In this document: positions 43,988 to 44,169 of the stretch, in pieces
Layout of the letters: every line of letters begins with the position of its first letter
Numbering within the stretch: the first letter of the stretch is position 1
Program-made: the position numbers and the translations under genes
Assembly: GCA_050185685.1 (NCBI GenBank)
Contig: JBFWZE010000002.1
Span: 7,085-51,253, forward strand
Direction of reading: 5' to 3'
DNA from: Dehalococcoidia bacterium
Lineage (GTDB): Bacteria > Chloroflexota > Dehalococcoidia > DSTF01 > WHTK01
Length of the DNA: 44,169 nucleotides
Notes under the pieces: generated by a model
What the model was told of the DNA's origin: nothing
Databases searched by the model: none
The model's input: the letters and a program-made list of their open reading frames with translations, nothing else

Positions 43988-44169
43988 ATGGTTGAGAGTG
44001 ATCTCCGGCGCTATGCAGGTCTACTTCGTGCGGCCGGAATCGCCGTCATTGGCGTGAGCCTCGTTATCACCATGTATGGTTTCAGTGTCTACGAGGGCTC
44101 TCGCTTCGCGTTGTGGAGCCTCGCTCCCATCCTGGCCGGTTACACTGGACTCGGATTTCTCACGCTCGT
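43988..44169 (+). CDS. hypothetical membrane protein, 3'-truncated by the window edge
   Basis: An ATG at 43988 opens a frame that stays open to the window end (MVESDLRRYAGLLRAAGIAVIGVSLVITMYGF...). It has two hydrophobic segments and is too short to classify. Confidence 0.35.
   Translation, partial: MVESDLRRYAGLLRAAGIAVIGVSLVITMYGFSVYEGSRFALWSLAPILAGYTGLGFLTL

Overview
This is a 44.2 kb window of GC-rich, strongly GC3-biased bacterial chromosome. It is densely packed, with about 38 supportable protein genes on both strands. I found no rRNA, tRNA, CRISPR array, transposase or integrase.

Gene content is mostly housekeeping and envelope or peptide metabolism:
- Central metabolism: zwf (5'-truncated by the window edge) overlapping a GH15 glycosidase, asd, and a D-2-hydroxyacid dehydrogenase.
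- Redox and metals: two luciferase-like (probably F420/flavin) oxidoreductases, a P-type ATPase followed by a TlpA-like thioredoxin and a peroxiredoxin, a stand-alone NuoE/NuoF-like flavoprotein pair, and a ferritin-VIT1 (MbfA-like) fusion.
- Envelope: three GT-C-type integral-membrane glycosyltransferases (two GT87/DUF2029-like, one PIG-V-like), three beta-propeller proteins (two of them lipoproteins), and a CAP-domain protein.
- Peptide metabolism: four peptidases (two M20, one M3, one S8) and a PucR regulator with an orphan peptide/nickel-type binding protein.
- DNA repair: mutS and mutL on the same strand, separated by about 3.6 kb.

MutS/MutL occurring together with families typical of Actinobacteria (GT87, LLM, PucR, PF13796-like sensor) suggests a Chloroflexota/Thermomicrobia-like organism. 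That is inference only.

I did not recognise a compact novel multi-gene system such as a defence island. The most unusual items are:
1. A BphD/HsaD-type hydrolase homologue in which Ser, Asp and His of the triad are all replaced.
2. A LuxR HTH fused directly to a histidine-kinase-type membrane sensor domain, downstream of a beta-propeller lipoprotein.
3. An orphan NuoEF-like module with a half-degenerate ferredoxin tail.
4. A glycosyltransferase whose first transmembrane helix lies upstream of any canonical start and is preceded by a strong SD plus ATT.
5. A TlpA-like protein with an HMA-like C-terminal domain, next to a P-type ATPase carrying PQGL instead of PEGL.
6. A 407-bp hairpin-dense divergent intergenic region.

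All family assignments come from motif recognition by eye. No searches were run.
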